NCBI GenBank assembly: GCA_965215185.1
Contig: OZ244034.1
Span: 224,001 to 288,000 of the forward strand
DNA length: 64,000 nt
Direction of reading: 5' to 3'
Source of the DNA: Acidimicrobiia bacterium
Lineage (GTDB): Bacteria; Actinomycetota; Acidimicrobiia; Spongiisociales; ZC4RG35
The translations under genes and the position numbers were made by a program. The notes below the pieces were generated by a model. The model was not told where the DNA came from. It saw only the letters and a list, made by a program, of their open reading frames with translations, and ran no database searches. Positions 38,417 through 50,097 of this stretch are shown in pieces (within the stretch, counting starts at the first letter, position 1; each line of letters begins with the position of its first letter).

Positions 38417-39559
38417 ATGGGCGGCGCTTCAAAATACGAACTGCGGTTTCCTGCACTTGAGGTGCGACAGGGCCGTGAACGACGAATCTACACGTTTGCC
38501 GTTGACGGCAAGGAATTGCCGAAGTTCACGACGGTCAGCCGGGTACGGCGCGATGAGCGGCGGATCGCGGGCTACCAGAGACCCGAGGTTCTGGCCCATG
38601 TCGCTGCGATCCGTTCATACATCGAGACAACTTCGCCGATAATCCCCAACGCGATCGTCGTCGCCTTCGATACTCGAGTTCGCTTCGTGCCGACAGAGCC
38701 TGTCACCTCAGCCGATGGCTATGTAGCCACAGGCACGCTGATTGTTCCCGTCGATGAAGACCTACCGGACGAGGACAAGCCTGGTTGGATCGTTGACGGT
38801 CAGCAAAGGTGCGCCGCCGTCCGAGAAGCGGAGGTGGAATCCTTTCCCCTGTGCGTCACAGCGTTCATCACTGCCAGCGAGGGTGAGCAGCGCGCTCAGT
38901 TCATACTCGTGAATTCAACGAAACCACTTCCCAAGGGCCTCATCTATGAGCTACTGCCATCCACAGAGGGCCTACTCCCCCCTGCGTTGATGCGCAAGCG
39001 CTTCCCCTCGTTTGTGGTCGAGCGGCTGAATTTCGACGAGGACTCACCGTTCTACCAGTTGATTCAGACACCAACCATCCCGGACGGAGTGGTTAAGGGG
39101 ACCTCGATCCTCCGCATGGTCGAAAACAGTTTGACCAACGGCTGTCTCTACTACTTCCGCGACCCCAATACGGGAAGGGGCGATATAGAGGAGATGCTGT
39201 TGATCTTGAAGCCGTTCTGGCAAGCGGTTCGGAAGGTCTTCGACGAAGCATGGGGTCTTCCGCCGCGCCGGTCGCGCCTAATGCATGGTGTTGGGATTGC
39301 GAGTTTGGGCTACCTGATGGATGCTATCACCGACGATTACATGACGCGAGGCCTGCTGCCCGGCGAGGCCGACTATGCAGCGGAACTCGAACTTCTGCGT
39401 GAAGAGTGCGCGTGGACTGGCGGCTACTGGTATTTCGGTGATGACTCGCTGCGGCGGTGGAACGAACTCCAGAACACCCACAAGGACATCAAGTTGCTGA
39501 CGGACCACTTGCTGCGCAAGTACCGGAGGCTCTTGAGAATTAAGCCCCGAGGTGCATGA
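38417..39559 (+). CDS. dpdB: DGQHR-domain protein DpdB
   Basis: GYQRPEV, PNAIVVAF, WIVDGQQR, QFILVNSTKPLPKGLIYELLP, SRLMHGVGI. Confidence 0.9.
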   Translation: MGGASKYELRFPALEVRQGRERRIYTFAVDGKELPKFTTVSRVRRDERRIAGYQRPEVLAHVAAIRSYIETTSPIIPNAIVVAFDTRVRFVPTEPVTSADGYVATGTLIVPVDEDLPDEDKPGWIVDGQQRCAAVREAEVESFPLCVTAFITASEGEQRAQFILVNSTKPLPKGLIYELLPSTEGLLPPALMRKRFPSFVVERLNFDEDSPFYQLIQTPTIPDGVVKGTSILRMVENSLTNGCLYYFRDPNTGRGDIEEMLLILKPFWQAVRKVFDEAWGLPPRRSRLMHGVGIASLGYLMDAITDDYMTRGLLPGEADYAAELELLREECAWTGGYWYFGDDSLRRWNELQNTHKDIKLLTDHLLRKYRRLLRIKPRGA

Positions 39560-39760
39560 GCAAGGCAGGACAAGGTGGTACAGGACGAAGCATTCGGGAT
39601 ACTTTCAGGCCTTCAGCGGTGATCGAGATGAAGCAACCTAACCTATCGGAACATATCAGAACCCAAAGCCACTCCTACACCCTGTGTGACTTATCCATAA
39701 TCTTGCTAAGCGTGGCGGAGTAGTCCGCTGGGGGTGCGGCGCGGACGACGAGTTGGCGGA

Positions 39761-42700
39761 ATGGCACCGCGGGTGGTTGGTCAATCTGATCTGGGCCGGT
39801 TCGTTGTCGGTAAGCCAGAACTCGGCATCGGGCGCCTCGTAGGCCTTGATAGCACAACAACTCGTATCCGTTACTTCCGAGGACCGGCTACGGATCCCTA
39901 CGTCGAGCGAGAATCAGATATGTTGAAGGTCGCTATCGCTGAGATCCGCGCTCACTCGCGGGTGTACTTCCACGATGGACGTCGCTGGAGAATTGGGCGG
40001 GTCGAGGCTGAGCATCCCGACGGTGATGGGCGGTATCTCGTGGCCCTGCCAAACAACGAAGGTGGGATCCTGTCGAGCGACCAGTTCGACATCCGATGGG
40101 CACTTAGGATTGAGGACCCCTACGAGATTCTCGCCTCGCTCGGTGGCGACAGCCCTCTTGTCTACGAGCCAAGAGCCGATTTGATCGCGTCGTGGTATAC
40201 GCTGCGGGCTGCTGCTGCTGGGGTCAGAGGACTTCTCCTGGGGTCGGTCGAACTCCATGACCACCAACTCACGGTCGTGCGCAGCGTCTCAAACGACCGC
40301 GAACGTCGATACCTCCTGGCCGATGAAGTCGGCCTAGGCAAGACCGTCGAGGCGGGAGCACTCGTCTGGCAGTCGTTGAGCGACTATCCCACCGGCGAGG
40401 TGCTCGTTCTGGCTCCCGACCACCTTCGTCAACAGTGGGCCGAGGAGTTGATCAACAAGTTCCATGTCGATGGGTTCCGCGCAGCCTCGATCCAAATCCG
40501 TGCCCATGAAGAACCGGAGACGTGGCCAGACGTGCCAGTTCAGGTACTCGTAGTCGACGAGGCTCATCACCTCACTCGCTCTGGACCGTTTCCACCAGAG
40601 GTGCTGGAGCGCGTGGCCGGGTTGGCGCACGGCGCGAGCGAAGTTTTCCTCCTTTCGGCGACACCGGTCCGGTCGAACGAGGCGGCGTTCCTTGATCTTT
40701 TGCACTTGCTGGACCCGAAGAACTATCAGCCACAGGATCTCGAAGCGTTCACTCGCCGGGTCGAGATGCGGGACGAACTCGCGCTCATTCACCACTCGCT
40801 CACATGCGACTTGGATGAGTTCGACTTCTCGCTCTACGCTGACCAGTTGCGAACACATTTCTCGGACGATGAGACACTCGTATTGCTCGTCGATCAGGCT
40901 CTTGACTGCACCGACGACCAGCGTCCTGACCGGATTGTGAAAGTCAGAGAGCATCTCTCGGAGACCTACCGGCTACACCACCGACTTCTACGAACGCGCC
41001 GGACCCCACAGATCAGTGCAACCTTCGGCGTTAGAGGCCGTCGCCGTGGTCGGCCTTTCACAGTGGAGATCAGCGACAACAGCGACTACGTTCGCTTCGA
41101 CCTAATCGAGAGCTTCCGGCAACATATCGCCGAACTTGTCGACTCCGAGGAGGTCGAAATTGACCAAGCTACAGAGGCGCTTCGGCTACTCGGCCAAGCT
41201 TGCGGTTCGCTGCCCCATGCAATCCTGGAGTTTCACTGCCGCAGGTGAGTCCGACGGGGCGCTCGGGCTTTTATGCCGATGGCTCATGTCTACTGGTAAC
41301 GCCTGGCGACGGGATCTAGGCGCCGTCGCGCCAGTCGTTCTTGATGAGGTCGTCCGTCAGATCGGTGCGATGGCCATATCTAAGGACTGTGGGAAGGTCC
41401 TTGTAGCGAGCGCCTACACAACAGTGGCGGAGGTCGTCACCGCGGCCGTAGCGGACTCCTTCAGGGGGCACCACGTGGCCAAGCACGTGAGTGCTCAATC
41501 GCCGGAGGAGAACGCAGCAAGCGTCGACCGATGGCGGTCTGACATTAGCTGTCGGCTTCTAGTATGCGATGCGAGTGCTGAGGAAGGCATCAACCTCCAG
41601 ACAGCAGATGTGATTGTCCATTTGGACCTCCCATGGGACGTGTTTCGTCTCGAACAGAGGCTCGGCCGTGCCGACAGATTCGTCCGCGGTAAGCCACAGC
41701 CCGTGGAGTCGATGGTGTTCCTTTACGGCGAGCAGATATACGCGCAGGGGTGGTTCCTTTTCGCGGCTGACTCCTGCGGGGTGTTCGACCGGTCGGTCTC
41801 ATCGCTGCAATATGTTCTTGCCGACCTGGAGTCCAAAGTCGTCGGTAAGGCGATCACTGGTGGAGCCGGGGTGTTTGACTCTGAGATCGAGTTGCGACGG
41901 GAGCACCTCCAAGTCGAGGCAGAGCGAATAGCTGCTCACGATTCTCTGGACTCGGTAAGCGGACTCCACCGTGGCCTCAACGAACGCCTTCTTCAGGAGG
42001 ACGATGCCCTGCGACTCGGCGCCGCGCTTAAAACTTGGTTGACCAGTGTCGGGGCGAAGGTGCGGAGTCCTGCTAGAGGCAGCCTTCAGATAGCCAGTCG
42101 ACCGCGTCCTCAAGTTCCCTTTACCCTTGAACTCGCGATGGCGCCGTGGGTCGGTAGCGAACTGGCGCTGTCGCGCCAGGCGTCGGTGGAGCGAAGCGTG
42201 CCGCTCGTGAGGCCCGGTCACGGGTTGGTGGATGAAATCGTGCGTCACCTTCGCGATGATGATCGCGGCGTTGCGTTTGCCTTCATGCGGCCGGAGCGTG
42301 GTTGCTGGCCGCCTATGCCAGTGTTTCGGACAGACTTTCTAGTGCGAGCGTCGACGACGCATGAACTGGATCGCACAGCGCGCGAGCAGGGGGTTACTTC
42401 ATGGCTGCAGATTCAGCGTGAGTCGCTGCTACCCCCTGTGCTCGAGACTGTGTACATGTCCGATCTGGGTGTGGAGATTGAGAGTCCGGCAGCGACGCGT
42501 CCCTACAAGCAGGCGATGGGGGATCGGAACCTAGTCTCACGACCGGGATTATTCGCTGAGGTAACGGCGCACCTCGATTGGGAGGCCGTGTGCGGCCAGG
42601 GTCTCACGAGTGCTAGGAAAATCCTCGACCGCCGTGACTCCGTCGGACCACGAGCGGCCCGCTCGGCGCAGGCCCTTAAGTCCTCGATCGACAGCCATCT

Positions 42701-42866
42701 TGTAGCACTTCGCGCTCGGGCTGCGACCGACCTGGAGCCGGTTGACAAACGGATGCAGGCCTTCGAAGCCCTTGCGCTAGCAGTTCCCAACCGCCTGGAG
42801 GTGGTGGTCGACGTGATCGGCAGCGGAGTGATCATTCTGGCGAACCCTGGCCTGATCGGCGAGTGA
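39761..42866 (+). pseudogene. dpdE: SNF2/RapA-like helicase DpdE, split by a frameshift near 41240 (39761-41248 and about 41245-42866)
   Basis: LLADEVGLGKT, DEAHH, LLSATP in part 1; EEGINLQ, LEQRLGRADR in part 2. Confidence 0.85.
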
Positions 42867-42867
42867 C

Positions 42868-45444
42868 GTGCGCACTGTCCACGACGTTCAGTCGTTGCTC
42901 AACCGTCTCGCCGCCAAGCAGCAGATCGAGGTAACCGACCGGGTCTCGGCAGCGCTGAAACTGGCGACGAGTGGGCGTGGGGGATCAGCGGACGCCGCGG
43001 TGCTGCTTCGTCAGGTGCTTCGCTCCGACGACGTTCGCCGAAGCGCAGGTGTGCCCGGGTCTGACGTTGACGCCGAGTCCAACACGACCTCTGCCTGGCT
43101 CGACGTGCCGCATTCCCAATCATTCCCACCTGGCTTTCGGTGGGCCGACTTTGGGTTCGATTCCCAACCTCGCAACGGAGCGGTGACACGGATTCGTGCT
43201 GCTCCGTGGAGGCCTCGGTGGCTCGACTGCGACTCAGTCCCTGCGGTTGACCACGACGTGTCGGATCTTCGTATTGTGAGACGAGACGAGTCGGTCTACG
43301 GAGATCCATTCCTCCCGCTTGTTGACCAAGACTTCACGACATATCGGACACCTGGGCAGCGGGCGGCTGTTCGGAGCGCCCTTCTCGCCTCTTCGGGCAG
43401 CACGCTCGTCATTAATCTCCCGACGGGTAGCGGGAAGACCCTGGCGATGCTCGCGCCCGCGGTCACCGCTCCAACCAGTGGCTCCGTTTCGGTGATAGTG
43501 GTTCCAACGGTTGCGCTTGCACTCGATCAACAGCGGCGATACGCCAGTCGGTACCCTGAGGCTCCGCCAACCGCCTACCACAGTGGCCTGACATCGGATC
43601 AGAAGGCGGATTTTGTTGGCCGCCTGCGATCCGGCGGCCAACCGATCCTCTTCACGAACCCTGAAGCCTTAGTCACCTCTCTCGCACGGGCCCTCAGTTC
43701 TGCCGCAGCAGGTGGTCGGCTCCGACTGATGGCTATCGACGAGGCGCACGTTGTAGCGTCCTGGGGAGACGCCTTCCGCCCCCACTTCCACGCACTGGCC
43801 GGATTGCGCACTCATCTCCTGCGCGAAGCAACTGCTGCCGGCCATGAGGCATTCAAGACGGTGCTTGCGAGCGCCACTATCACCGAGGATACGTTGCGTC
43901 TCCTTGAGGCCCTCTTCGGCCAGCCAGGCCCGTTTCTGCACGTCGGCGCGCCGGTAGTGCGGCCTGAGCCGAGTTACTGGGCTGCATCCGTATCGCACGC
44001 GGATGAGAGAGACGCCCGACTCATCGAGTCGCTCAGGCACCTTCCGCGGCCGGCGATTGTCTATACGACTCTGCGTGACGAGCGAGTGGCGCGTCCGGGA
44101 ACCCTGACCCCGAAGCGGCTCAGCCGGCTTGCGTCCACACACGGGTTCACCCGCTTCGCGGTAGTGGACGGACAGTCAACGACTTCTCACCGAGAGGCTG
44201 TCCTCCGGAATCTACGTGACTCACCAGAGCGACCCCCACCGATCGATCTTGTGTTCGCCACGTCAGCCTTCGGGCTCGGCCTCGACGTTCCGGATATCCG
44301 TACCATCGTCCACGCGTGCATACCTGAGAGCCTCGACCGCTACTACCAGGAGGTCGGGCGAGGTGGGCGTGACGGGCGACCGATGATCTCTTTGGTCGTC
44401 CCAACGAGATCGGATGAGGATGTCGCTACCGGCATTGCAACTCCGCGCCTACTGACTGCAGACCGTGCGCGGGACCGTTGGACCGCAATGGTCCAGGTTG
44501 CCGAGGCGCTCGGTCCCGACACGATTCGGGTGCCTCTGACGACAGTTCCAGGTAATCTGGAGCAGCACACCGACTACAACGAGCTATGGAATTTGTTCAC
44601 GGTCAGCCTGATGGTACGCGCTGGGGCTCTTGCCTGGGACTTCAGTCTCAACGAGTTGCCGACAGACTCCGGTCCGTTCCTCGACGACCGTGGGTGGTTG
44701 ACTGTCCGCGTTCTTCGCGATCACCAATCGCCGGAGTTCTGGAGCGAAGTCGTTGAGAGCGTTCGAGCCAGGATGGCCGACAGGTCGCGCGAAGGACTCA
44801 CAAGCCTCAGAACAGCACTGTCCGGTCGACAGTGCATGGGCGAACTCGTGGGACTGAACTACTCGATCTTGAGCCCTCACAAGTTTCAGACGGCGTGTTT
44901 GCCGAGTTGTGGGGGATGTGCCTACTGCCGCCGGAACGGCCATAGCCGGCGGTCTTCGCCCTCGCCCAGCCCCAGCGGAGTCGAGGCCGCACCTGTTCCT
45001 GACCCAACCCGGCTCTATCAACTTGCCGCGGAGGGCAGGTGGGGACCGCGGGTGATCGTCGGGACTGATCTCTCGGTCATGCAGTCCCGCCGCAAACTTC
45101 GGCGCGCTATCCGGTCGCTTATCGCTGCCGGGGACCTCCAGGTGATTGTGGTGCCGCAAGACAGGCTTCACATGGTTGAAAACTGGCTGCCGCCACATGA
45201 TCGTGAGCGGCCGCCGCTGATGGTGAATTCGGTGGACGACTTCGATCCGCTCACCGAGGTGGGTGTACCGACGCTCGTGATCGTCGATGAAGGCATTGAT
45301 CCCGGGCCTTTCCTCGACGGGAGTTCGCGATCGAGTCTCTTCGTCGTTCTTGGCCCAAGTGATCTGCCTGTAGGAGCGTCAGGCCTGTCACTAATTGACA
45401 GCGATGCGGCGTTTCGGCTCGACGATCTCAAGCGCATTCTCTAG
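42868..45444 (+). CDS. dpdF: RecQ-like helicase DpdF
   Basis: LPTGSGKT, DEAH, SWGDAFRP, ATSAFGLGLD, YYQEVGRGGRDG. Confidence 0.88.
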   Translation: MRTVHDVQSLLNRLAAKQQIEVTDRVSAALKLATSGRGGSADAAVLLRQVLRSDDVRRSAGVPGSDVDAESNTTSAWLDVPHSQSFPPGFRWADFGFDSQPRNGAVTRIRAAPWRPRWLDCDSVPAVDHDVSDLRIVRRDESVYGDPFLPLVDQDFTTYRTPGQRAAVRSALLASSGSTLVINLPTGSGKTLAMLAPAVTAPTSGSVSVIVVPTVALALDQQRRYASRYPEAPPTAYHSGLTSDQKADFVGRLRSGGQPILFTNPEALVTSLARALSSAAAGGRLRLMAIDEAHVVASWGDAFRPHFHALAGLRTHLLREATAAGHEAFKTVLASATITEDTLRLLEALFGQPGPFLHVGAPVVRPEPSYWAASVSHADERDARLIESLRHLPRPAIVYTTLRDERVARPGTLTPKRLSRLASTHGFTRFAVVDGQSTTSHREAVLRNLRDSPERPPPIDLVFATSAFGLGLDVPDIRTIVHACIPESLDRYYQEVGRGGRDGRPMISLVVPTRSDEDVATGIATPRLLTADRARDRWTAMVQVAEALGPDTIRVPLTTVPGNLEQHTDYNELWNLFTVSLMVRAGALAWDFSLNELPTDSGPFLDDRGWLTVRVLRDHQSPEFWSEVVESVRARMADRSREGLTSLRTALSGRQCMGELVGLNYSILSPHKFQTACLPSCGGCAYCRRNGHSRRSSPSPSPSGVEAAPVPDPTRLYQLAAEGRWGPRVIVGTDLSVMQSRRKLRRAIRSLIAAGDLQVIVVPQDRLHMVENWLPPHDRERPPLMVNSVDDFDPLTEVGVPTLVIVDEGIDPGPFLDGSSRSSLFVVLGPSDLPVGASGLSLIDSDAAFRLDDLKRIL

Positions 45445-45455
45445 GAGACGGTGAT

Positions 45456-46355
45456 ATGGCCTTACTCAATCCGCCAGAATTGCGGGCGAGCATGATGAGC
45501 GTCATCATCCTCTACTTGGCCCAGTGTCGAGGTCAGCGTGATGGGCGGACCCGCATCGTCGACGCAATCTCGCCTCCGAGCCTCACGGAGTCGCCGCAGA
45601 GGCACCAACTTGACGCTAGCCGCAATCTGACGAGTGCTGTCGAAATCGGCATTGCGATTCGTGATGGCGACCGAGTACAACTTAGCCCGGAGAGCATCAA
45701 GGCAGCTAGGAAGGGAACCTCAGCGATGGCGGGGCTCATACGTCAGCGCATCCTGTCGGAGGATCTGAACACTGCCCCCTGGGGAAGCCAAGAAGGCGCG
45801 CGTGACCTCACCAACGCCCTCGGTTGGTTCCTCACCTTTGGTCCTACCAATGCACCCGCTCGAATGGAAGGTGATGCGCCGTCGGCGAAGGCCCTGCAAG
45901 AGGCCGACTTCGGCACGCGGTACGGCGACGACGATTCAAGCGGCTGGCCGATCTCCAACAGCACTCGCTGGGTCGCTTTTCAGCGCTGGGCATGCTCCCT
46001 CGGGTTTGCGTGGCGCTCTCCCTCCGGACGTCTAGTCCCGGATCCCGCTCCGGCCGTTCGCGACTCAATTCCTGCGATATTCGAGAGCGAAACGACGCTG
46101 GATGGCCGATCCTTCGTTCTAGCCCTTGGTGCACAACTGCCAGTTTTGGAGTGCGGAGCGTATCGACGGTTCATCGAGGAGAATTGGAGCCGTACGTCAG
46201 AATCCAGTGCGGCTCTCAGCACTGCTACGACGGATGCGTTGCGGCGGCTCGAGGCAAGTGGGCACTTGGCGTTCGAGGACCGGGCGGACGCTCCAAGGGA
46301 AGAACGGGCTGACGGATCGACCTTTTCGCACGTCTCAAGGGGGCGAGCGCGATGA
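45456..46355 (+). CDS. dpdG: DpdG
   Basis: Position between dpdF and dpdH; MALLN, RWVAFQRWACSLGF, PDP, LPVLECG, DRADA. Confidence 0.8.
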   Translation: MALLNPPELRASMMSVIILYLAQCRGQRDGRTRIVDAISPPSLTESPQRHQLDASRNLTSAVEIGIAIRDGDRVQLSPESIKAARKGTSAMAGLIRQRILSEDLNTAPWGSQEGARDLTNALGWFLTFGPTNAPARMEGDAPSAKALQEADFGTRYGDDDSSGWPISNSTRWVAFQRWACSLGFAWRSPSGRLVPDPAPAVRDSIPAIFESETTLDGRSFVLALGAQLPVLECGAYRRFIEENWSRTSESSAALSTATTDALRRLEASGHLAFEDRADAPREERADGSTFSHVSRGRAR

Positions 46356-49300
46356 GTGTGATGCGTCAATACGTGTGTTGGACGGACAGAGCAGTGAGGG
46401 CAACTACGCCCCGCGATGCCGCGTCGCTCGAGCCCGGTCACTTCCAGGCCGTGCATCACCCCTTGAAGCTTCGGCAACGGCCGTTGGGCACCCTAACTGG
46501 AGGGAGGTGGGTGGAGGAGACCGAGATCGTCCGAGTGCTTGAAGGCCCGCTCCGGCCTGACGGCTATCTACTCGTGCCGATCGTCGGCGGGTCCGGCACG
46601 GGGAAGTCTCACCTTGTTCGATGGGTGTGGAACCGCACCAAGGACCGCGACAACTGGGAGAGCCGATACCTTGCGAAGAACCGAACCAGCATCCGGCGCG
46701 CTATCGCAATCGTAATCGAAGGTCTAGAGGGCCCTGCTATCAACGATGCACGCGAAGCGCTGCAAAAGGCGCCGGTCCAGTCGGAGAGCGAGCCGGTACT
46801 GGCGGAGCGACTCCTAGATGAACTTGCCTTGATCACGGCAGAGGAATCGGCCATGGAAATCGATGTCACTGACCGCAGGGCAGCGCAGATGGCGGCCAAG
46901 CTTCGCCGCGAACTCCCAGACATCCTCCGCGACCCAGTCGTGCGTCGACGTCTCACAGGGGATGGTGCAGTTATACCTCGTCTCGTAGGACTCGCGAAAC
47001 GAGGCCGCTGTGACGGCGACGGGCTTGACGACGATGCGATCCGAGTCGTCGACGATGACCTGCCGTTAGCGTTTGCAGAGATCGGGGAGGCAAGCAAAGG
47101 CGCCCAGAAACTGTTGACACAGTTGGGGGTGATCCCCTCTCTCAGGTCGGCAGCCCTGGGTATGATCAACGAAGCGCTTCCCTCCGCGGTCAAGCGCGTA
47201 TTCCTGTCGGGCCAAGTCGACCTGATCGAGGTCTTTCGCGAGGTTCGCAGGGAACTTTTCGTCTCCGGTAAGGAGTTGGTCCTCTTCATCGAGGACCTGA
47301 CGGTCCTTCACGGAGTTGAGCGCGAGTTTCTTGATGCGATCATCGAGCCAGCGCGATCGCCCGAAGGCGATCTTTGTGCGTTACGGGTCCTGTTCGCTGT
47401 AACAGAGGGGCATTTCGCCGGACTCGATACTGTGCGCACCCGGTGCGATGACGGCTATCGGCTCGACGCTGCTTACGGTCCGAACGGCGTCGGCCACGAG
47501 GAAGCCATGTCGTTCCTCGGGCGCTACCTCAACGCATGCCGGCAAGACCCGGCGGAGGTCGAGAACCTATGGGCCAATCGGCAGGGCGATGCGTGGATGC
47601 CCAACGCTTGCGACGCTTGCGACCACCAGGTGCACTGTCACGACACATTCGGCCGAAGCGAAGAAGGGTACGGGCTCTACCCGTACAACCCAGCGGCCGT
47701 GGACCGATTCGTGGACTCGCTGTCCAGCGAGCGATTCGATCCGCGAGAGGTAGTCAGGGAACTGGTGAATCGCTTCCTGATAGTGGCGGCGACCGATCTT
47801 CAACGAGGTGACTTCCCATCTGATGAGTTGGTCGGGCCGTTCGACGAGCGAAGCGAAGCACTTGCTCCGCTCGTCGAATCCGAACTCAAGTCGAAGCGTC
47901 CGGCCGACTTCGCGCAGGTCGTGAATTCGATGCGGTACTGGTCAGAGTTTTCCACGGTCGTGGGAGACACCACCCTCGCAGCATTCGGACTTGATGTGCT
48001 TGGGACGCTGCAGGTATCTCCGACACCACGACCACGGGCGAAGGGCAAGTCCACATCGAGTGGAGCATCAGGCCTTTCCAGAGGCGGACCAGTGGCACCG
48101 CGCGAAGCAACGCTCGCATCGCGACTCCGTGCCCCCTGGGCGCGGATATTCAATGAACTGAACACATGGGCGGGCAACCAGCGAGATCTGGGCGCGAGCG
48201 CGACAAACAACTTGAAGAAGCTTATCCATAAATCAATCCTCCAGAACCTCGACTTCAGCGCTCTGCCGATCAACCTTGGCGCAGACTTTGATCAGCAGAA
48301 GCGGTTCGACCAAGGGAAACATCTACACATCGCTGGATCCGTCACAGGCCAGCGTCGAGGCGACCCAATCGTGGCAATCGAACAAGACGCGGATACTGCC
48401 GCAGCACTTCAGGGGTTGATTCTCCTCGCGGAACTCCCAGACGCCGACGACTACCCACGGGCCAACAACTATCGCCGACAAGCAGCGCGGTATCTAGAGG
48501 AGTGGACCCTCTCTGTCACGGCGAGGCTTGAGCAATCGCCCGAACCGGCGGCGACTCAAGCAATCAATGGATTGCTCCTGTGCGCTGTCGTCGCGGGTGC
48601 GTGTGAAAAGGCATCCGACCCGCACGATTATCTCGCTGCACTCTTTGGGGCAGCCAGTTCGGCCGTGGGCCCCCACCGTTCCCAGAAGTGGCAGGCCGTG
48701 GTCGAGGCTGCCGACGCCACCTATCGTCGGCTTCGCCCGGGCGTGGAGGCTCACTTCGGTGAGGCGCGTGGTACCGGTGGGGCCCGGGCTATCAGAGCGG
48801 ACCAGATCCTCACAGTGATCCAGGACTTCACCGAATCGGGTCGTCTCGAGTCAACTGACCCAGCTATCGATCGATTCATGCGGTCCGTGGCGCCGGCTGT
48901 GGAGGGCGAGTGGGAAACCTTGGAGCACCTGGCTACTGGAGCGGCACCTCTCGTTGACCCCAACCGCTCCTGGTCTGACCAGACGAAGCGCGTGCTTGAG
49001 CTAGTTGAGGCCGCCCACCGGTCGGGACGGTTACTCGACCACGACGCAGCGCGCTACCTCAGAGCGCAAGCCTCCTCTCTGGACGAGAACGCGCACAGGC
49101 TTCTGCTAAGGGCCGCCGAACTGGTGCGTTTGAACTCTCCACTCCTCGAGCGGCTTCGAGTAATCGCCAGCAGTCTCCCGGACACCGTGATGACCACTAG
49201 CAGGTTCGTCACACGAGCGAAACAAGCAATGGCTGGGATTGCAAAGGACCTCGATGAGCGCCGAGCCGGTGAGTCAGAGGACGAAACTCTTGAGGACGTT

Positions 49301-49363
49301 GCGTCGGGTGTTCTAGCTGCGGTTGGTCGACTTGCAGAGGCAGTAGAGGAGCTCGAGAAGTGA
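46352..49363 (+). CDS. dpdH: ATPase DpdH
   Basis: GGSGTGKSHLVRW, LVLFIED, GRYLNA, CxxC...CH, LYPYN, FDPR. Confidence 0.85.
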   Translation: MSVMRQYVCWTDRAVRATTPRDAASLEPGHFQAVHHPLKLRQRPLGTLTGGRWVEETEIVRVLEGPLRPDGYLLVPIVGGSGTGKSHLVRWVWNRTKDRDNWESRYLAKNRTSIRRAIAIVIEGLEGPAINDAREALQKAPVQSESEPVLAERLLDELALITAEESAMEIDVTDRRAAQMAAKLRRELPDILRDPVVRRRLTGDGAVIPRLVGLAKRGRCDGDGLDDDAIRVVDDDLPLAFAEIGEASKGAQKLLTQLGVIPSLRSAALGMINEALPSAVKRVFLSGQVDLIEVFREVRRELFVSGKELVLFIEDLTVLHGVEREFLDAIIEPARSPEGDLCALRVLFAVTEGHFAGLDTVRTRCDDGYRLDAAYGPNGVGHEEAMSFLGRYLNACRQDPAEVENLWANRQGDAWMPNACDACDHQVHCHDTFGRSEEGYGLYPYNPAAVDRFVDSLSSERFDPREVVRELVNRFLIVAATDLQRGDFPSDELVGPFDERSEALAPLVESELKSKRPADFAQVVNSMRYWSEFSTVVGDTTLAAFGLDVLGTLQVSPTPRPRAKGKSTSSGASGLSRGGPVAPREATLASRLRAPWARIFNELNTWAGNQRDLGASATNNLKKLIHKSILQNLDFSALPINLGADFDQQKRFDQGKHLHIAGSVTGQRRGDPIVAIEQDADTAAALQGLILLAELPDADDYPRANNYRRQAARYLEEWTLSVTARLEQSPEPAATQAINGLLLCAVVAGACEKASDPHDYLAALFGAASSAVGPHRSQKWQAVVEAADATYRRLRPGVEAHFGEARGTGGARAIRADQILTVIQDFTESGRLESTDPAIDRFMRSVAPAVEGEWETLEHLATGAAPLVDPNRSWSDQTKRVLELVEAAHRSGRLLDHDAARYLRAQASSLDENAHRLLLRAAELVRLNSPLLERLRVIASSLPDTVMTTSRFVTRAKQAMAGIAKDLDERRAGESEDETLEDVASGVLAAVGRLAEAVEELEK

Positions 49364-50097
49364 CACTCTTCGAAACCGCTACCGAACTCCAACTCCGACT
49401 TGAATCTGCGACCGCAGCGGATACGGGAGATCAGTTGCTGTCGCGCGGACGAACTGTGCGAACCGACATCGCGTCGGCGGCGGAACACTTTGAGGCCGTT
49501 CAGTCCTACCGAATCACGATTGGTCGGACGGATAGGCCGCCGCTGGCTGCGAAAGAGATCCGCCAAGCCATCGGTCGCTTCCGAGGAACTCTCTCCAACA
49601 GCGGACCCAAGGCAGTTCAGCAGCGGTCGGCAGTCACGCTCCTGAAAGTCCTGGATACACAGATCAAGCGTGTGGATCGCTGGGTCAAATCCACGTGGCA
49701 AGAGAACTTTGCCGCTTCTCAGGAACTGCTGGAGCGTGCGGACTCGGGGGACCTGCACGGGTCGCCGGTAAACAGGATTAGGGCGCTAAACCGTGCCAGG
49801 AGGGTTAAGGTCCTTCGGAACACAGATCCGGTCAGGGAACGAGCGGCTTTGGAAGAACTCCTCAAGGTAAAAGGTCTGAAGGCCTGTCTCGAAAAAGCCA
49901 ACGAGCTAATCGACGACCTTCGCGATGCGATCGCGGCGATCGATAGAGAACAGGCTGCAATGACGCCACAGGTACGGGCGGTTCTTCAGCGCGCAGCATC
50001 TGGTGATGGTCTACCCCTTGGGGAGGTGACGCCCGAACTCTTGGTCGCGCTCCAGTCAGGTGGCGTGCTGGATGACCTCGTAGTGCGTCGGTTATGA
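49360..50097 (+). CDS. dpdI: Helical protein in the DpdI position
   Basis: 245 aa, translationally coupled to dpdH and dpdJ; assigned by synteny only. Confidence 0.6.
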   Translation: MTLFETATELQLRLESATAADTGDQLLSRGRTVRTDIASAAEHFEAVQSYRITIGRTDRPPLAAKEIRQAIGRFRGTLSNSGPKAVQQRSAVTLLKVLDTQIKRVDRWVKSTWQENFAASQELLERADSGDLHGSPVNRIRALNRARRVKVLRNTDPVRERAALEELLKVKGLKACLEKANELIDDLRDAIAAIDREQAAMTPQVRAVLQRAASGDGLPLGEVTPELLVALQSGGVLDDLVVRRL

